A stretch of DNA of 64,000 nucleotides from Octopus sinensis (Eukaryota). The notes beneath the pieces are model-generated. The model was not told the origin of the DNA. It did not search any database and saw nothing but the letters and a program-made list of their open reading frames with translations. Location of the stretch: positions 100,316,001 to 100,380,000 of the forward strand of contig NC_043000.1 of NCBI RefSeq assembly GCF_006345805.1, given 5' to 3'. Position 1 is the stretch's first letter, and each line of letters begins with the position of its first letter. Position numbers and translations under genes: made by a program. This document shows positions 60,696-64,000 of this stretch, piece after piece.

Positions 60696-61566
60696 GTGTG
60701 TTGATAATCTTCTATCATTTTCCAAATTATTCTAGCTTGATTTTCAGACAGTCGCTGCAGTGTATTGTAATTATTGGCAATGCCTTAAAGCGAATCAGTG
60801 AACAAAATGCAAATAAGAATATATATTATTTCAGTAAATGATGTCAAATTATAGGTAAACGCTGGGGGGTTACAGAAAAGCTTTTCCTACATAATCTCTT
60901 TATTTATTTAGACTATCCTTCATTGCACCACTAACATATTTTCCTCTTATATCTTCTTGCATTTAATTATTACTTATTTATTTTACAGGAAGAAAATTCA
61001 GGAAGATGGTTTACGCAAAATGTATTACTGTATATATCTGCGCATAAGTCGTAAAAGATGGCAGCCAATATTTCCATTTAAGATGTACATTTGAAGCTAT
61101 GTAGTCTGTAAAGGACCCCCCTACAATAGCGAACAACTGATTTTACAAACTTTGGTTTTCGTTCAAATTATGAAAATTTTTCATAAAAGAGACGCTTGTG
61201 ATTTTGGCATGCTTTAATATGCGTTGAATCAAACGCAACATTTGTATCCTACAATTTATATATAAAGGTTATCTATGTTACATAGTTTTCTATTTTGGCA
61301 ATATGGAAGATATTCTAGTAGTTACAGAGGAATTAGCATTTATGAGAGCTTACTACATTAATATATATTTAACAACTATCCCAGTGGCCAGTACAACGGT
61401 ACTTTTATGTACCATACCTAACCAGTCTTGATTATTAAAATCTAGCCAATTGATTTTTACTGCTTGTCAGCCGTTGCAAATGGCGACCGGTGTAAGTCAG
61501 CTAAATTCATTGGGCTGTTAATTTAAAATATGTTAGGTTTATTATAAATTTCTATTAATTTAAAGA

Positions 61567-61830
61567 GGGTGCATGTGCTAGTGGTTAGGGTGTTGCATTC
61601 ACGATCGCGAGATTGTGGTTTCAATTCCCGGAGTGGGTGGTATGTTGTGCTTTTGAGCAAAACTCTTCAACTTACGTTGTTCTGCGATCACTTCGACACC
61701 TGACGTATGGCACACCGTGCATCTGTTCAGTCAACATCGATTCGATGTAAGGAGTGAACATTTAATTAGTATAAACAAATGATTTGTGCAGATTGTTCAG
61801 CAAGAAATTGCAGAACCGTTTATCTTGAAC
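61567..61830 (+). mobile_element. SINE family C, near full length
   Basis: tRNA-like head gggtgcatgtgctagtggttagggtgttg...gtggtttcaattccc, then tgttgtgcttttgagcaaaactcttc. Confidence 0.8.
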
Positions 61831-62825
61831 TACGAGGTACTGCCATCATTAATTTAATATAACTTCACTAGTAATCCATTCTCACAGTTTTCCAGTAAAA
61901 AAAATTTGTGTAGTTAGACCATACAGACATGAAAGTATCTGCCATGGTATATTAAATTCTAAACAGCAGTTTTAGAATGGTGAAGTTCAGATTTTATATT
62001 CTGTCTTGAAGATTATCCCTGTCTTTTTTGTTTTTTGTTTTAAAATCTTTTACGACTGAATTCCATTCTGTACATAGATACATACGATAGGTTTTCCTCG
62101 TCCACAAGAGAAACATTATTAAAGCGAAAGTAAGATCAGGTATGTTGTAGAAAAATATTGTACTGTGTGACTAGTTTTATTTTTTCAGATAGGATGTACG
62201 GGAGATAACTTCGGACATTTCATCCTAATTTGAAATCTTCGGTAGAAATATAATCTCGCCACTCAGTGATCTATATGTTGCTAATGAATAATTGAATATA
62301 TACAAACAATGTCTCTGTGTATGACTTTAAAATTTAACCGGTAGAGGGGCTCTGGTTCGGGAGTTCTAGGGTTTTGAGGAGAATGGAACCACTTCTTTGA
62401 AACTATACGAGTAGTTCCCAGGTCTTCTCTAACACGGAGTTGTAGCACGTTTTAGGCTCCAAGCTTAGGGTAAATTAGCTTATTAGGGCTTGCCTACTTA
62501 TGCTTGGGACGATTAGATCCAGCGGACACTGTGAAGAAACCTTCATGGTTCAACAGAAAGAAAGGCGGCAGCAGCAACGCATTATGGAATATAGAGAGAA
62601 AGATAAGGCAAGTAAAACATCTTGGTCGTTGACTGGATCTGTCTCCATCCCCAGTAATTTTGATCCTGTCTGGTTATTAGATTGCTTTGGGCACGGACGA
62701 GAGAGCAACTTTAAAGCAAATTCGCCGCGCAAGTCATCAGTCATCCTCGAGGATGACTTGATGGTCCTCGTCGCTTCGACGGACTAACATATATGCAAAA
62801 TGAAATATGTGATGGAAGAGAGTTA

Positions 62826-62871
<46 letters not shown>

Positions 62872-63649
62872 TTGGCAAAAAGAGTGAGAGAGAGAGCAGG
62901 AGGTGGGAGAAAGAAGGAGAGTAAGAGAGAGAAGGTTGGAGAAAGAAAGTGAGAAAAAATATTTAGATATGAAATAATTCTCAAATAACGACTACATGAT
63001 AAACAAATAGTTAAGTGGTTGTAAACATTTTAAATACCTATTTTTTTTAATGGATGTTAATGCTTTAATGTCCGTGTTGTTATAATTCGCCAATGTTTGT
63101 GCTTTTCTCTTAATCTTGAGTTACTAAGAATTTTTTTTTTCATAATTATACATTAAAGCGAAATGCACTTCAAACTGAGTCGAAATTCCGTTATAGTAAA
63201 TTACAATTTTTAATGCTATATAATGGACAATCAACATGGTTATGTGGTTAAAAATTTAAATTTTTACTCTACGGTACTTTTGGTAAATTACTTATAATGT
63301 AGATCTGGATAAGCCAAAGCTTTGTATTTATAATTTAGTGGACGAATGGTGCGTATAATATCGTTGGCTGTATGTATGCATGTATGTAATTATTCAATTT
63401 TATTTCAAGATTTCTTGCCATTAGAGAAAGAGCCGGTCTCTAACCTAAATGAGGGTTCTTCATTGGAATTTCAACATTAACAGATATTTTTGCATGTATA
63501 TATGTATGTATATGTGCAGTGTTTGGAGTCAGTACAAGTGCTGATTTGTATTTTTTTGTTTTATGTATGCATTCTAACACATTATAGTTGCATGTCTAGA
63601 CATGCGCATATATACTTAAATGATAAACTTCTGAAAAGTTTTACAGATT

Positions 63650-63725
63650 TTTATAGTTCCAGTGATGTTTTTTTTTACAGTTCCAGTGATGGTTTTTTTT
63701 ACAGTTCCAGTGATGATTTTTTTCG
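63650..63725. repeat. 23-24-bp tandem repeat, 3 units
   Basis: tttta(c/t)agttccagtgatg occurs three times. Confidence 0.9.
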
Positions 63726-64000
63726 ATGACATTTTTGGGCAGCTGCTAATCACATGTTTGATGTCTTTTATATCAACATTACATAATCTACGTTTTCGAT
63801 TGTATCTTGAAGCACCAAATGCTTCACTGTCTTCGCATTTTCCTCTTTCTTCTGATTTTCCCCATTTTCTATAATTTTTTGTCTAAATTTCTGAGAAACT
63901 TAAGCTCAAAACATCGAATGCACCACTATTACATACTCCTCACTGAACGTCAAACTAATAATCACACATTGTAAAGACGGCGAGTTGCCAAGATCTTTAG

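Noticed and set aside
62500-62787. 95-aa ORF as a host gene
   Set aside because: It has a TTG start, no recognisable domain and no splice signals.

Overview
This is AT-rich, microsatellite-dense animal genomic DNA, most likely an octopod cephalopod (inferred from the repeat landscape; no database search run). It is almost entirely transposable-element debris with no intact host gene. The only host-gene trace is one pseudogenised Son-of-sevenless (SOS) REM-domain exon at 11206-11439. Elements recognised by motif: a young 5'-truncated RTE LINE with a ~704-codon open RT frame containing a PHD finger (13331-16067) plus older RTE copies; Tx1/L1-like, CR1-like, R4/Dong, HERO and Penelope remnants; mariner, Tc1, pogo/Tigger, hAT and Helitron remnants; and three tRNA-type SINE families (called A, B, C here). 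The most notable observations: (1) a hammerhead-ribozyme core in non-circularly permuted order in the 3'UTR of the HERO element (49895-49975); (2) a divergent but structure-preserving 28S rRNA sarcin-ricin-loop fragment fused to a SINE inside one 20-bp target-site duplication (16801-17169); (3) four copies of a ~550-590-bp non-coding retroposon inserted only in (TAA)n, beside an R4/Dong remnant; (4) a 3' tail shared by SINE A and a Tx1-like LINE; (5) SINE A multimers inside single TSDs. All family assignments come from recalled motifs and manual alignment, and boundaries of decayed elements are approximate.
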